Source: an uncultured delta proteobacterium
Lineage (GTDB): Bacteria; Desulfobacterota; RBG-13-43-22
Length of the DNA stretch: 64,000 nucleotides
NCBI GenBank assembly: GCA_963790475.1
Contig: CAWBOS010000012.1
Span: 1,024,001-1,088,000 of the forward strand
Direction of reading: 5' to 3'
In this document: positions 30,881 through 41,096 of the stretch, piece by piece
Position numbering within the stretch: position 1 is the stretch's first letter
Layout: every line of letters starts with the position of its first letter
The notes under the pieces: generated by a model
The model's database searches: none
Told to the model about the DNA's origin: nothing
Seen by the model: the letters and a program-made list of their open reading frames with translations, nothing else
Translations under genes and position numbers: made by a program

Positions 30881-30947
30881 AATAGGTCAGCCGTCCCGGC
30901 TGACTCTTTAATAATGTTATACAGTCAGGCAGGATGCCTGACCTATT
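30881..30947. repeat. REP doublet (REPIN-like) element
   Basis: AATAGGTCAGCCGTCCCGGCTGAC...GTCAGGCAGGATGCCTGACCTATT: two inverted short palindromes, each with a TAG(G) foot. Confidence 0.65.
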
Positions 30948-31005
30948 TTAGGGAACTTTTTTCTTTTTTAAGAGGACTGTTTCATTTAGGCAAAGGAGCA
31001 AAAAA

Positions 31006-32256
31006 ATGAGCGAGAATGTTTATATCATCGGTGTGGGGATGATCAAATTCGGCAAGTATCTGGAAAAGGGGATCAAGGTATTGACCGGCGAGGCCCTGGA
31101 ACTGGTGCTCAAGGATTGCGATCTGACCCGGGCGGACATCGAGGCGGCCTGGTTTTCCAACACCGGTTGGGGGATGTATACCTTTCAACATTCCATACGG
31201 GGACAGGTGGCCCTGACGGCCAATGGGCTGGAAAAGATTCCTTTTACAAACGTCGAGAACGCCTGTGCCAGTGCCAGCACCGCCCTTCATGGGGCCTGGA
31301 CGGCCATCAAGGCCGGATTATACGATTGTGCCTTGGCCATTGGTGCGGAAAAGCTTTACGATGAGGATCGGGTGAAGGTTATGAAAGGCTTTATGGCCGG
31401 CACCGACGTGGAGGAGACCTTGGCCCGAATGGCCAAATGGCAGGAAGAAGAGCGGAAGCGCAAGGAAGAGGAAGCCGCCGTGAAAAAAGTGGAGGCCCCC
31501 CCAGAAAAACCGGGTGGTCATTCCGTGTTCATGGATTTTTATGCCGCCGGAGCCCGCAATCACATGAAAAAGTATGGTTCGACCCAGCGGCAGTTGGCCG
31601 TGATCGCCGCCAAGGCGCACAACAATTCGGTCCTGAATCCTTTGGCCCAATACACTTTTCCCATGACCGTGGAACAGGTTTTGGAAGACCGGCCGGTTTC
31701 TTTTCCTTTAACCAGGGCCATGTGCGCGCCTATCGGTGACGGGGCCGCGGCGGCCATCATCTGCAGTGAGGCTTTTTTGAAAAAACACCCCTCAAGCCGG
31801 GCCGTTAAAATCAGGGCTTCGGTTCTCCAGGGTGGAACCCGAACCGGCGGAAACGATATTTCCCAAAGGGCCTCCAAGAAAGCCTATGCTGTAGCCGGAT
31901 TGGGTCCTGAGGATGTGGATGTAATCGAGGTTCATGATGCCACGGCCTTTGGCGAAATCGGCCAGATGGAGGCCCTGGGCTTCTGTCCGGAGGGAGAAGG
32001 CGGGTTGTTTGCTGAGAAAGGGGCCACGGCCCTGGATGGAAAAATTCCGGTAAATCCCAGCGGGGGATTGATTTCCAGGGGCCATCCCATCGGGGCCTCC
32101 GGTCTGGCCCAGATCTATGAACTGGTGACCCAGCTCCGGGGTGAGGCCGGTAAAAGGCAGGTGAAGAACCACCATATTGCCATGACCGAGAACGGCGGCG
32201 GTACCGTCGGGGCCGGTGAGGCGGCTATGACGATACATATATTAGAAAAAGAATAA
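31006..32256 (+). CDS. Thiolase family protein (SCP-x/lipid-transfer type)
   Basis: NVENACAS, EVHDA, NPSGG, GHPIGASG, ENGGG. Confidence 0.92.
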   Translation: MSENVYIIGVGMIKFGKYLEKGIKVLTGEALELVLKDCDLTRADIEAAWFSNTGWGMYTFQHSIRGQVALTANGLEKIPFTNVENACASASTALHGAWTAIKAGLYDCALAIGAEKLYDEDRVKVMKGFMAGTDVEETLARMAKWQEEERKRKEEEAAVKKVEAPPEKPGGHSVFMDFYAAGARNHMKKYGSTQRQLAVIAAKAHNNSVLNPLAQYTFPMTVEQVLEDRPVSFPLTRAMCAPIGDGAAAAIICSEAFLKKHPSSRAVKIRASVLQGGTRTGGNDISQRASKKAYAVAGLGPEDVDVIEVHDATAFGEIGQMEALGFCPEGEGGLFAEKGATALDGKIPVNPSGGLISRGHPIGASGLAQIYELVTQLRGEAGKRQVKNHHIAMTENGGGTVGAGEAAMTIHILEKE

Positions 32257-32257
32257 A

Positions 32258-32349
32258 GGGTTTCAAGGAGCCAAGGGGTCAAGGTTTCAAGTGAACGGCG
32301 TGGAAGTTAAAAACCCTGGAACCCTTGAACCCTTGAACCCTGGAACCCT
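32258..32349. repeat. Inverted pair of tandem octamer tracts
   Basis: Four GGNNTCAA-like units followed by four CCCT(T/G)GAA units. Confidence 0.7.
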
Positions 32350-32374
32350 ATTATTTATTTAAAGGAGGAAAACT

Positions 32375-33370
32375 ATGGCTTGGGAAGATGTAAAACCGAT
32401 TTTGAGACCCGAAGGGGTACACAAGGGCGTTATGAAGGTGGACAAGGACCTTTGCACTAGTTGCGGATTGTGCATCCAAAACTGTCCCTTCAGTGCTTGG
32501 GAAATGGGTGAAGATGAACATCCCAGGTTGAAAGAGAATTATGACTGCTTTAGCTGCTATAACTGCATGGTGGCTTGTCCGGTGGATGCCCTGTCTATCC
32601 AGGAATCCTACCATGTGGACAAAGGATTTTGGGCCTCGGAGCCCTGCCCCATTCCGACCAGGTTCCCTATGGAAGCCAGGGATAAGGATGGAAAGCTCAC
32701 GGAATGGAACGCCATGGAACGGGCCATATTCGAAAGGCGCAGCGTCCGCAACTTCAAGGAAGACCCGGTGCCGGAAAGTTATATCCGCAGGGTCCTCGAA
32801 GCCGGCCGGTTCGCACCCAGCGCCGGAAACTGCCAGCCCTGGAAATTTATCGTCGTCACCGATAAGGATCTTATTAAAGAAATGGATACGGCCATCTATG
32901 GAATCATCAGCGGCCTTCATGGCATGTATATGAATGACGAAATGGTTCAGGGTCTGGTTCCCATGCTCGAGACCAACCCTAACCCGGGCGTGTTTGACCC
33001 CAGGCAGATCGTCGGCGGCTCCGGGGCCATTAGCAGAGGGGCCTTGCCGCCTTCCTTAGCGGCCCCGGCGATCATCATCATGGCCGGCGATACCAGGGCC
33101 ATTACCGGGCCGCAATTGAATATCGGCATTTGCGGCCAGAACATGAATCTGGTGGCCAATTCTTTGGGCATTAAGGCCTGCTGGGTCGGATTCTATGCCG
33201 TGCTTAACATGGTTCCACCACTATTTGAAAAGTTGGGGCTCAAACCCCCCTGGCAGGTCATCAGTTCGTTGGTCCTGGGCTGGCCCAAATTTAAGCAAGA
33301 GGGCATCGTATCCCGGGAATACCGGCCGGTCACCTGGTTCCGGGAAGGAAAGGGACCGGAGATAGACTAA
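32375..33370 (+). CDS. Nitroreductase family protein with an N-terminal 2x[4Fe-4S] ferredoxin
   Basis: CTSCGLCIQNCP, CFSCYNCMVACP, RRSVRNF, APSAGNCQPW. Confidence 0.92.
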   Translation: MAWEDVKPILRPEGVHKGVMKVDKDLCTSCGLCIQNCPFSAWEMGEDEHPRLKENYDCFSCYNCMVACPVDALSIQESYHVDKGFWASEPCPIPTRFPMEARDKDGKLTEWNAMERAIFERRSVRNFKEDPVPESYIRRVLEAGRFAPSAGNCQPWKFIVVTDKDLIKEMDTAIYGIISGLHGMYMNDEMVQGLVPMLETNPNPGVFDPRQIVGGSGAISRGALPPSLAAPAIIIMAGDTRAITGPQLNIGICGQNMNLVANSLGIKACWVGFYAVLNMVPPLFEKLGLKPPWQVISSLVLGWPKFKQEGIVSREYRPVTWFREGKGPEID

Positions 33371-33470
33371 ACCAAAGGTCTAGGGTTTAAGGTATAAGGT
33401 TTTCCTTGAACCTAAACCTTAAGTCTTTGGACCAAAAAAAATCCCCTAATGGAGGAAGAATCCACTTAGA

Positions 33471-33548
33471 TGTCATTCCGGCGAAAGCCGGAATCCAGAT
33501 TTTGAAAGCCTAGAAGATCCTGGATGCCGGATCAAGTCCGGCATGACA
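33471..33548. repeat. GTCATTCCGG-family palindromic repeat, copy 3
   Basis: TGTCATTCCGGCGAAAGCCGGAATCCAG...CTGGATGCCGGATCAAGTCCGGCATGACA. Confidence 0.85.
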
Positions 33549-33608
33549 GAGAACATACGAACGTGGAGTTTTATTCCGGGGTTAATTTTCGTACGAAAAG
33601 GAGGCTTA

Positions 33609-34496
33609 ATGGGCAGACTTAAAGGAAAGGTGGCGGTAATTACCGGGGGATCGAGTGGAATCGGCGCGGCCACAGTTCGATTATTCGCTGGGGAAGGCGC
33701 ACGGGTGGTCATTGCCGATATTTTGGACAAGCAAGGACAAAATCTGGTTAAAGAATTGGGGGAGGGCGTAGTTTACTCCCACACCAATGTAATGCTGGAA
33801 GATGAAGTCCAGGCTGTGGTGAACCTGGCCGTAACTCAGTTCGGAAAACTGGATTGTATGTTCAACAACGCCGGCATAGGCGGAGTCGGCGGACCGATCG
33901 AGGAGACCAATACCGAAGGCTTTGATATCACGGTAGCCACTCTTTTCAAGGGGGTCATGCTGGGCATGAAACACGCCGCCAGGGTAATGTTACCCCAAGG
34001 TTATGGAAACATTATCAGCACCGCCAGTGTCGCCGGCCATAAAACAGGTTATGCCGGTCATACCTACAGCGCCTGCAAAGCAGCCGTAATCCATTTAACC
34101 CGGTCGGTGGCCATGCAATTGGGTGAATTCGGTATAAGGGTCAACTGTATCTGCCCGGGCGGGATCGTTACTCCGATCTTCGGACGGGCACTCGGTCTGT
34201 CACAAGAAGAGGCTGAAAAAACCCTGGATCCGCTTAAGGAGGTCTTTAAAAATATTCAGGCTATTCCGCGTCCCGGTTTGCCCGAAGATGTGGCCAAAGC
34301 CGCGCTGTTTCTGGCCAGTGACGAATCCGACTTTATCAACGGAGATCCCATGCAGGTTGACGGAGGTCTCGGATGGGGATTTTTGGACAGGCAGGAACGA
34401 GGAGGTAAGGTAGAGGAATTGCTTAAGGCCCTGGGGTTGGATCCGGTGATAATCAGCGAAATGTATAAATCAAGAGCGGTACCATCTAAAGGATAA
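33609..34496 (+). CDS. Short-chain dehydrogenase/reductase
   Basis: TGGSSGIG, NNAG, YSACK, RVNCICPG; ATG at 33609 with an AGGAGG RBS. Confidence 0.92.
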   Translation: MGRLKGKVAVITGGSSGIGAATVRLFAGEGARVVIADILDKQGQNLVKELGEGVVYSHTNVMLEDEVQAVVNLAVTQFGKLDCMFNNAGIGGVGGPIEETNTEGFDITVATLFKGVMLGMKHAARVMLPQGYGNIISTASVAGHKTGYAGHTYSACKAAVIHLTRSVAMQLGEFGIRVNCICPGGIVTPIFGRALGLSQEEAEKTLDPLKEVFKNIQAIPRPGLPEDVAKAALFLASDESDFINGDPMQVDGGLGWGFLDRQERGGKVEELLKALGLDPVIISEMYKSRAVPSKG

Positions 34497-34507
34497 GGAG
34501 AAGGTAT

Positions 34508-35770
34508 ATGGACTACCTGGATTTGGAATTGAACTTGACCGAGGATGATCTGGCCGTCAAACGGGCGGCACAAAAATTTGCCGAGAAAATTATCCGACCC
34601 ATTGCCAGGGAACTGGACACCATGACTGCCGAACAGGTCATTGCCAAGGGTTCACCCCTATGGGATTTTCTTAAAGAAGCCTTCCAACAGGGATACCATT
34701 GCTCGGGTATGCCGGTTGAGGTCGGCGGGGCGGGTCTGACCACCCTCCAATCTTATATCGTCCACGAGGAGCTGGGCTGGGGCAGTTTCGGCCTGGCCGT
34801 TCTGCTCGGTGTAATCGGCATGCCCTTCGGTTTGATTCTGGCCAAGGCGCGTCTGCTGGGCGAAACCGAACTGGTCGATCAATTTGTAAAGCCTTTCTGC
34901 CAATGCAAGGACGGCAGCATGCGGGGATGCTGGGCCATAACCGAAGTGGAACACGGGTCCGATCTTATCGGCTGTGATAATGAAGTGTTCTGCGACCCGA
35001 ATATCCGCTGGAATATCCAAGCCAGGCTGGAGGGTGAAGAATGGGTGATCAACGGTCGGAAAGCGGCCTGGGTCTCCGGAGGAACCATTGCCAATTACGC
35101 TTTGTTGTTTGCCGGCATCGATCCACTGCAGGGGATGTCCGGTGGGGGAGTCTTTTTCTGTCCCTTAGATCTACCCGGAGTGACCAAAGGCAAACCTTTG
35201 GAAAAGATGGGCCAGAGGGATTTGAATCAGGGGGAAATATATTTTGATAATGTCAGGATTCCTCAAAAGTATCTCTTATTCGGACCGGACATGTATATGT
35301 TTCTCCATGAAGCTGTTTTGGCCGCGGCCAATGCCAGCATGGGCAACACGGCCACGGGCCTGGCTCGGGCGGCCTTTGAAGAGGCCTTGACTTATGCCAA
35401 GGTCAGGGTCCAGGGGGGTAAACCGATAATTGAGCACAACTCGGTGAGACAGCGTCTGGCTGAGATGTTTGCCAAGGTGGAGTCCTGCCGGGCCCTGTCC
35501 CGGGCTGTCCGGTTGTATAACGCTGCCCCACCCAATGGCGTGAGTCTTCTGGAGTATAGTGTGGCTTCTAAAATTACCTGTACCCAAAACGCCTTCGAGA
35601 TTGCCAACGAAGCAATTCAATTATTCGGTGGTAATGGTATGTGCCGGGAATATCTGCCCGAGAAGCTTTTCAGGGACGCCCGGGCCACATTAATTGAGGA
35701 CGGCAATAATGAGATCCTGGCCATGGGGGCGGGGAGACTTCTGGCCCAGCATTATCCGAGACCCAGATAA
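34508..35770 (+). CDS. Acyl-CoA dehydrogenase family protein (paralog of 29630-30865)
   Basis: WAITEVEHGSD, KMGQRDLNQGEIYF, FRDARATLIEDG. Confidence 0.92.
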   Translation: MDYLDLELNLTEDDLAVKRAAQKFAEKIIRPIARELDTMTAEQVIAKGSPLWDFLKEAFQQGYHCSGMPVEVGGAGLTTLQSYIVHEELGWGSFGLAVLLGVIGMPFGLILAKARLLGETELVDQFVKPFCQCKDGSMRGCWAITEVEHGSDLIGCDNEVFCDPNIRWNIQARLEGEEWVINGRKAAWVSGGTIANYALLFAGIDPLQGMSGGGVFFCPLDLPGVTKGKPLEKMGQRDLNQGEIYFDNVRIPQKYLLFGPDMYMFLHEAVLAAANASMGNTATGLARAAFEEALTYAKVRVQGGKPIIEHNSVRQRLAEMFAKVESCRALSRAVRLYNAAPPNGVSLLEYSVASKITCTQNAFEIANEAIQLFGGNGMCREYLPEKLFRDARATLIEDGNNEILAMGAGRLLAQHYPRPR

Positions 35771-35809
35771 AAGGTATCATAAACAAAGGCGTTAATAATT
35801 TCGCATGGT

Positions 35810-35877
35810 GTCATTCCGGTGAAAACCGGAATCCAGTGTTTACAATCCTCTGGATGCCGGATCAGGTCCGGCATGAC
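35810..35877. repeat. GTCATTCCGG-family palindromic repeat, copy 4
   Basis: GTCATTCCGGTGAAAACCGGAATCCAG...CTGGATGCCGGATCAGGTCCGGCATGAC. Confidence 0.85.
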
Positions 35878-35949
35878 GGCGTAGGGCATGAGCTTATAGG
35901 TAAAAATTTATCTTGCCACTAATAAGGATCAGAAAAAAGAAGGACCGAG

Positions 35950-37203
35950 GTGAACACCATGAGTGAGAATGTTTATATTCTGGGCGTGGGCATGACCAAG
36001 TTCGGAAAGTTTCTTGATAAGGGCATCAAGGTTCTGACCGGGGAAGCCCTGGAACTGGTATTCAAAGACTGTGGACTGAACCGCAGGGATATCGAAGCCG
36101 CCTGGTTTTCCAATACCTGCTGGGGCATTTATAAATTTCAACATAGTATTCGCGGACAGGTGGCCCTGACCGCCAACCAGTTAGAAGGCATACCTATCAT
36201 TAATGTTGAAAATGCCTGTGCCGGTGCGTCCACGGCCCTGCACAGTGCCTGGATGGCCATCAAGGCCGGCTATGATTGCGTCCTGGCCATCGGGGCCGAG
36301 AAACTGTACGATGAAGACCGGGCCATGGTTATGAAAAGCTTTTCATCTGCCGTGGATGTTGAAGCCATGATGGAGGCCATCACCCGGATTCAGGAAGAAC
36401 AAAAGAAAAAAAGGGAAACCGAGGGGAAGGAAAAACAAAGCGGAGGTCCCGAAAAAGAAGGAGGACATTCGGTCTTCATGGATTTTTACGGGGCCATGGC
36501 CCGACGACATATGAAGCAGTATGGGACCACCCAGCGCCAGTTGGCCGTGATTGCCTCCAAAGCCCATAACAATTCCTCATTGAATCCCCTAGCCCAGTAC
36601 ACCTTTACTCAAACGGTGGAACAGGTTTTGGAAGACCGGGTTGTTTCCTATCCCCTGACCCGGGCCATGTGCGCCCCGGTCGGAGACGGGTCGGCAGCGG
36701 CCATTATTTGCAGCGAGCGTTTTCTCAAGGCCCATCCATCCTCGAGGGCTGTATTGATCAAGGCTTCCGTCCTGAAGTCCGGAACCCTGGGAGGAGAAAG
36801 TGACATTGGAAGAAGGGCTTCCCTGGCGGCCTATGAAAAAGCGGGTGTCGGTCCACAAGACATCGAAGTGGCCGAAGTCCATGATGCCACAGCTTTTGGA
36901 GAGCTGGTCCAAAGCGAACAGTTGGGATTCTGTGCTCCGGGTGAAGGCGGACCCTTTGCCGAGAGCGGGGCAACGGCACTTACCGGAAAAATCCCCATTA
37001 ATCCCAGCGGTGGTCTTATTTCCCGCGGGCACCCGATCGGGGCTTCGGGACTGGCCCAAATCTATGAACTGGTAACCCAGCTGCGAGGTGAAGCGGGGCC
37101 AAGGCAGATCAAAAAATATCGCCTGGCCCTGGCGGAAAACGGCGGGGGAACCATCGGCAGCGGAGAAGCGGCCATGACCATACACATCTTGGAAAAAATA
37201 TAA
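35950..37203 (+). CDS. Thiolase family protein (close paralog of 31006-32256)
   Basis: MSENVYI.GVGM.KFGK start shared with the first thiolase; NVENACAG, HDA, GHPIGASG. Confidence 0.92.
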   Translation: MNTMSENVYILGVGMTKFGKFLDKGIKVLTGEALELVFKDCGLNRRDIEAAWFSNTCWGIYKFQHSIRGQVALTANQLEGIPIINVENACAGASTALHSAWMAIKAGYDCVLAIGAEKLYDEDRAMVMKSFSSAVDVEAMMEAITRIQEEQKKKRETEGKEKQSGGPEKEGGHSVFMDFYGAMARRHMKQYGTTQRQLAVIASKAHNNSSLNPLAQYTFTQTVEQVLEDRVVSYPLTRAMCAPVGDGSAAAIICSERFLKAHPSSRAVLIKASVLKSGTLGGESDIGRRASLAAYEKAGVGPQDIEVAEVHDATAFGELVQSEQLGFCAPGEGGPFAESGATALTGKIPINPSGGLISRGHPIGASGLAQIYELVTQLRGEAGPRQIKKYRLALAENGGGTIGSGEAAMTIHILEKI

Positions 37204-37327
37204 AGAATACCGGTTCAAGGTTCAAGGTAAAATCAAAAACCAAAAACCAAAAACCGTTATACCGTAAACCTTATACCTTATACCTCGCACCTCATACCGG
37301 TATCTTTTGAATTAGGAGGGTTGGCCA

Positions 37328-38953
37328 ATGGAAAAATTAGATCCCGAAGTCTTAGCCCAAATGCTTCAAATAAAAGCCGAAGAGGTGCCTGACAAAAGAA
37401 TAGTCACCTTCGAATACGATACTGATGGCGATGAAAGCCTGACCTATGCCGAACTTTTTATGAATGCCGCCAAACTAGCGGCCTGGCTAAGGGAAAAGGG
37501 TGTGGAAAAAGGGGACCGGGTGGCCGTATTTATGCGCAATTATCCTGAATTTTTGTACGGCATTTTTGGCAGCAATATCCTCGGGGTCATCTGGGTGGCC
37601 CTCGATCCCCGCCTGGTAGGAGAAAGCCTGGAATACCAGATCAGGGATTCCCAGGCCAAGGTGATTGTGACCACCACGGATCTACTCCCGGCCCTGGCCA
37701 GGATTCAAGGATTTCAGGGGACCATCGTCTTTGCCGACAAACCGGGACTGCCAGCGGGGCTGCCGGTATTTCAAGAAATGGAAAAATCGGCCATGGAGAA
37801 GAAATTCAATATGATCCCTTTCGAAGAGATCAAACAAAGGCCCTTCGCCCCTCTCGAACAGAAAGGACTCCCCGGCGATCCCTGCCAGATCATGTATACC
37901 TCAGGGACGACCGGAAATCCTAAAGGGGTTTTGTGGCGGAACCGCAGAATGGATGGACTGGTCGATGTCCTGTGGCACTACACCAACGATGATATCCTTT
38001 ATACCGGGCTTTCCCTGAGTCATGCAAATTCCCATTCGGTTACCCTGATGCCTTCCATTTACCGGGAGATCGAATCCGTTTACAGTGTGCGTTTCTCCAG
38101 ATCCCGCATATGGGATATTTGCCGAAAATACCAATGCACCACCTATTCCTGCCTGGGGGGTATGATCGGGATGATTTATGCCATGCCGGAAAGGCCCGAC
38201 GATGCGGACAACCCGGTGCGGGTGGTGGTCAGTGCCGGCACACCGGCGGCCATATGGGAATCTTTTGAGAAACGGTTCAATGTCAAAATCCTGGAATGGT
38301 ATGGCGCCCTGGACGGCGGATGCGTTTGCGTCAAACAACCCGGCGAGGGCCCGGTCGGCTCTATGGGTAAACCCCTGCCGGTCTTCAGGACCAGGGTCAT
38401 CGACGAAAAGGGCAACGATCTACCTCCTCGGAGCCCGGGGGAGCTTATCAGCCAACCCCTGGTCGGGGAGGCCAAAGTGGAATATTTCGGTAAGGAAAAA
38501 GAATCGATGGAAAAAACCCTGGCCGGTTGGCATCGATCGGGGGATATCGTTTACCAGGATGAGGAAGGCTGGTTATATTTCTGCAATCGTAAAGGAGATG
38601 AGCTGCGCAAATACGGCGAATTTATCCAACCCTCGCTTATCGAAAAGATCCTCTGCGAGCATGAGACCGTGGCCGAGGTTTGTGTTTTTGGTGTGCCCTC
38701 CAAAGCAGGCGCCCCTGGAGAATCGGATGTCGTCGTGGCCATAGCGGCAGCGGAGGATAAGTCCGTTGAGGTAAAGGAAATTGTGGATTGGTGTAAAGAC
38801 CGATTGCCAAGGAGTCATATCCCCAGTTATTTTCAGCTGGTGGAAGAAATTCCGAAAACCATTTCTCAAAGGCCCCTGACCCGATTATTAAAGGTTGATT
38901 TTCGTGACGGTAAAGGGAAGATTTATGATGCCGAGGGGAAGAAATGGTTATAA
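37328..38953 (+). CDS. Acyl-CoA ligase (CaiC-like AMP-binding enzyme)
   Basis: MYTSGTTGNPKG, EWYGALD, HRSGD. Confidence 0.9.
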   Translation: MEKLDPEVLAQMLQIKAEEVPDKRIVTFEYDTDGDESLTYAELFMNAAKLAAWLREKGVEKGDRVAVFMRNYPEFLYGIFGSNILGVIWVALDPRLVGESLEYQIRDSQAKVIVTTTDLLPALARIQGFQGTIVFADKPGLPAGLPVFQEMEKSAMEKKFNMIPFEEIKQRPFAPLEQKGLPGDPCQIMYTSGTTGNPKGVLWRNRRMDGLVDVLWHYTNDDILYTGLSLSHANSHSVTLMPSIYREIESVYSVRFSRSRIWDICRKYQCTTYSCLGGMIGMIYAMPERPDDADNPVRVVVSAGTPAAIWESFEKRFNVKILEWYGALDGGCVCVKQPGEGPVGSMGKPLPVFRTRVIDEKGNDLPPRSPGELISQPLVGEAKVEYFGKEKESMEKTLAGWHRSGDIVYQDEEGWLYFCNRKGDELRKYGEFIQPSLIEKILCEHETVAEVCVFGVPSKAGAPGESDVVVAIAAAEDKSVEVKEIVDWCKDRLPRSHIPSYFQLVEEIPKTISQRPLTRLLKVDFRDGKGKIYDAEGKKWL

Positions 38954-38994
38954 CTTGAAGCTGCTTTCCATCTGAACATCACTTAAGACAAGTT

Positions 38995-39105
38995 CGCAAA
39001 AAGTCGCCGAAAGCCCATTTCTGTCTGACGAAAGTCGGAATCCAGGGATTTTAACAACTTAAAAATATCTGGACCCCGGTTTTCACCGGGGTGACGATTT
39101 TTTCG
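38995..39105. repeat. GTCATTCCGG-family palindromic repeat, copy 5 (degenerate)
   Basis: CGCAAAAAGTCG...CTGACGAAAGTCGGAATCCAG...CTGGACCCCGGTTTTCACCGGGGTGACGATTTTT. Confidence 0.75.
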
Positions 39106-39343
39106 AAACCATCATTTAACCATCAACCCCAAGATATTTTTTGCCCGGCCGAGAAGCGCATGGCTTTATGATGGGAAAGGCTTTCGCAGTCCCTCGCTTT
39201 TTTCTTTAAAAAAATTCATCCACTCCCAAAGATGCCGGAAAGTAAAGGGCGCAATGCCCCTTTTTTAATTGACCGGCACTGATATACCGGCTATTTTACT
39301 CAATGAATATTTTTTTGAAAAAGAAGGTCTTTTTAACAGTTTC

Positions 39344-41096
39344 ATGAGATCCTACCGTACCCTCTTCCCTTACCTGCGTCAAGGACTGCTGCCCCTTCTA
39401 ATGGGCATCGTTTTGCTTTTGTCTGTGGATTTCCTTCAGCTGACTATCCCCCGGTTCATAAAAGGGGCTATCGATACCTTGACCGGAAGGCATGGCGGGG
39501 CTCAGGGGTTGAGCCGATATGTCTTTCTGATCCTTGGAGCCGCCGCTTTGATTTTTATCTTTCGGATGATCTGGCGCCGATTGATTTTCGGCCAGGGGCG
39601 CCGGATCGAAGAGGCCCTGCGCAATCGGCTTTTTGAACACCTGCTCCGACTTTCCCAATCTTACTATCAACGGACCTCGATCGGGGATTTGATGGCCCAT
39701 GCCACCAACGATATGGAGGCCGTCCGCCTGGCCCTGGGCATGGGGTTGGTTTCCATGTTGGATTCTGTGGTCCTGGGCTCCGCAGCCATTGGCTTTATGG
39801 CCTATATCAACCTCAAGCTGACCTTGATTTCCCTTTGGCCCATGCCCTTGGCCGCCTTTCTTACCCAACGGTTAAGCCGATTGCTGCACCAACGTTTTGA
39901 AATGGTCCAGGGCACTTTTTCCCAAATCATGGAAAAAGTCCGGGAGACTCTGGTCGGGATCATGGTCGTCAAGGCCTACACCCTTCAGGAACGGGAAGAA
40001 AAACATTTGGCCCGTTTCAGTCTTAAATACCATGACCAAAACATCGCTTTGGCCAGAGTTACCAGTACTCTTTTCCCATTATCGATTTTTCTGACCAACC
40101 TGAGCCTGGCGGTTATCCTGTGGATGGGGGGAAAACAGGTCATAGACCGGGAGATTACCGCAGGGGACTTTGTGGCCTTCATCAGTTATCTGGGCCTGCT
40201 TTCCTGGCCGGTGTCGGCCCTGGGATGGGGGATCAACCTTATTAAAAGAGGGGCGGTTTCCCTGGAGAGGATCGAGCGCATTTTGGAAGAACGTCCGGAA
40301 ATCTCGGATCTTCCCGGACTGACCACCCCGGTGCTCTACCCGGCGGACCTGCAAATCAAAGAGCTGACTTTTTGTTATTCCGAAAGAGAAAAACCTGTTT
40401 TGAAAGGGATCAGTTTGGAAATATCTTCGGGCGGAACGTATATCATGACCGGGAAAACCGGCTCGGGAAAGACCACCCTGGCCTTGTTACTGGTCCGGAT
40501 TCTGGAACCGGCCTATGGGACTATCTATTTGAATGGGAATGATATTCATTCCATCCCCTTATCCGACCTCAGACAGACCATCTCTTTAATTCCCCAGGAG
40601 CCCTTCCTCTTTTCCGATACCATAAGGGCCAATTTGCTTTTGGCCCGGCCCGAGGCCAATGAAGAAGAACTCCGGGAAGTCCTTCGGGCCGCGGACTTTT
40701 ATGATGAGATCCAAACCTTTCCCCAGGGGTTGGATACCGTGGTGGGAGAAAAAGGGGTGCTGCTTTCCGGGGGGCAGAAACAAAGGCTTTCCCTGGCTCG
40801 GGCTTTGCTGATCAACCCGGCCATCCTTATCCTGGATAATACCCTGTCCTCGGTGGATTTGAATACCGAGCGTTCCATACAAGAAACCTTGCGACGTTTT
40901 CGAGACAGGGCGGACGACGATTTTTATTTCTCACCGATTGGTCGGCTGGGAAGGGGTGGACACGATTTTTTTTCTGGAGGCGGGAAAATTATTGGAGTGG
41001 GGGAGTCACGAACAATTGATCCGGCAAGAGGGTTATTACGCCCGCCTTTACCGCTATCAGCGGCTGGAGATGGAATTGCGTCAGGGGGTTTTTTAA
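39344..41096 (+). CDS. ABC exporter, TMD+NBD subunit A; one frameshift near 40900
   Basis: GKTGSGKT and LSGGQKQR. After about 40905 another frame continues GRTTIFISHRL...GYYARLYRYQ to a TAA at 41094-41096, which abuts the next ATG. Confidence 0.85.

Noticed and set aside
22819-39105. Recurrent palindromic repeats as a CRISPR array
   Set aside because: The copies are kilobases apart and separated by genes, with no regular spacers and no cas genes.
39170-39265. Riboswitch-like stretch upstream of the ABC exporter (GGAAAG...GGGCGCAATGCCC)
   Set aside because: Only a short hairpin is supported; no complete aptamer consensus is recognisable.
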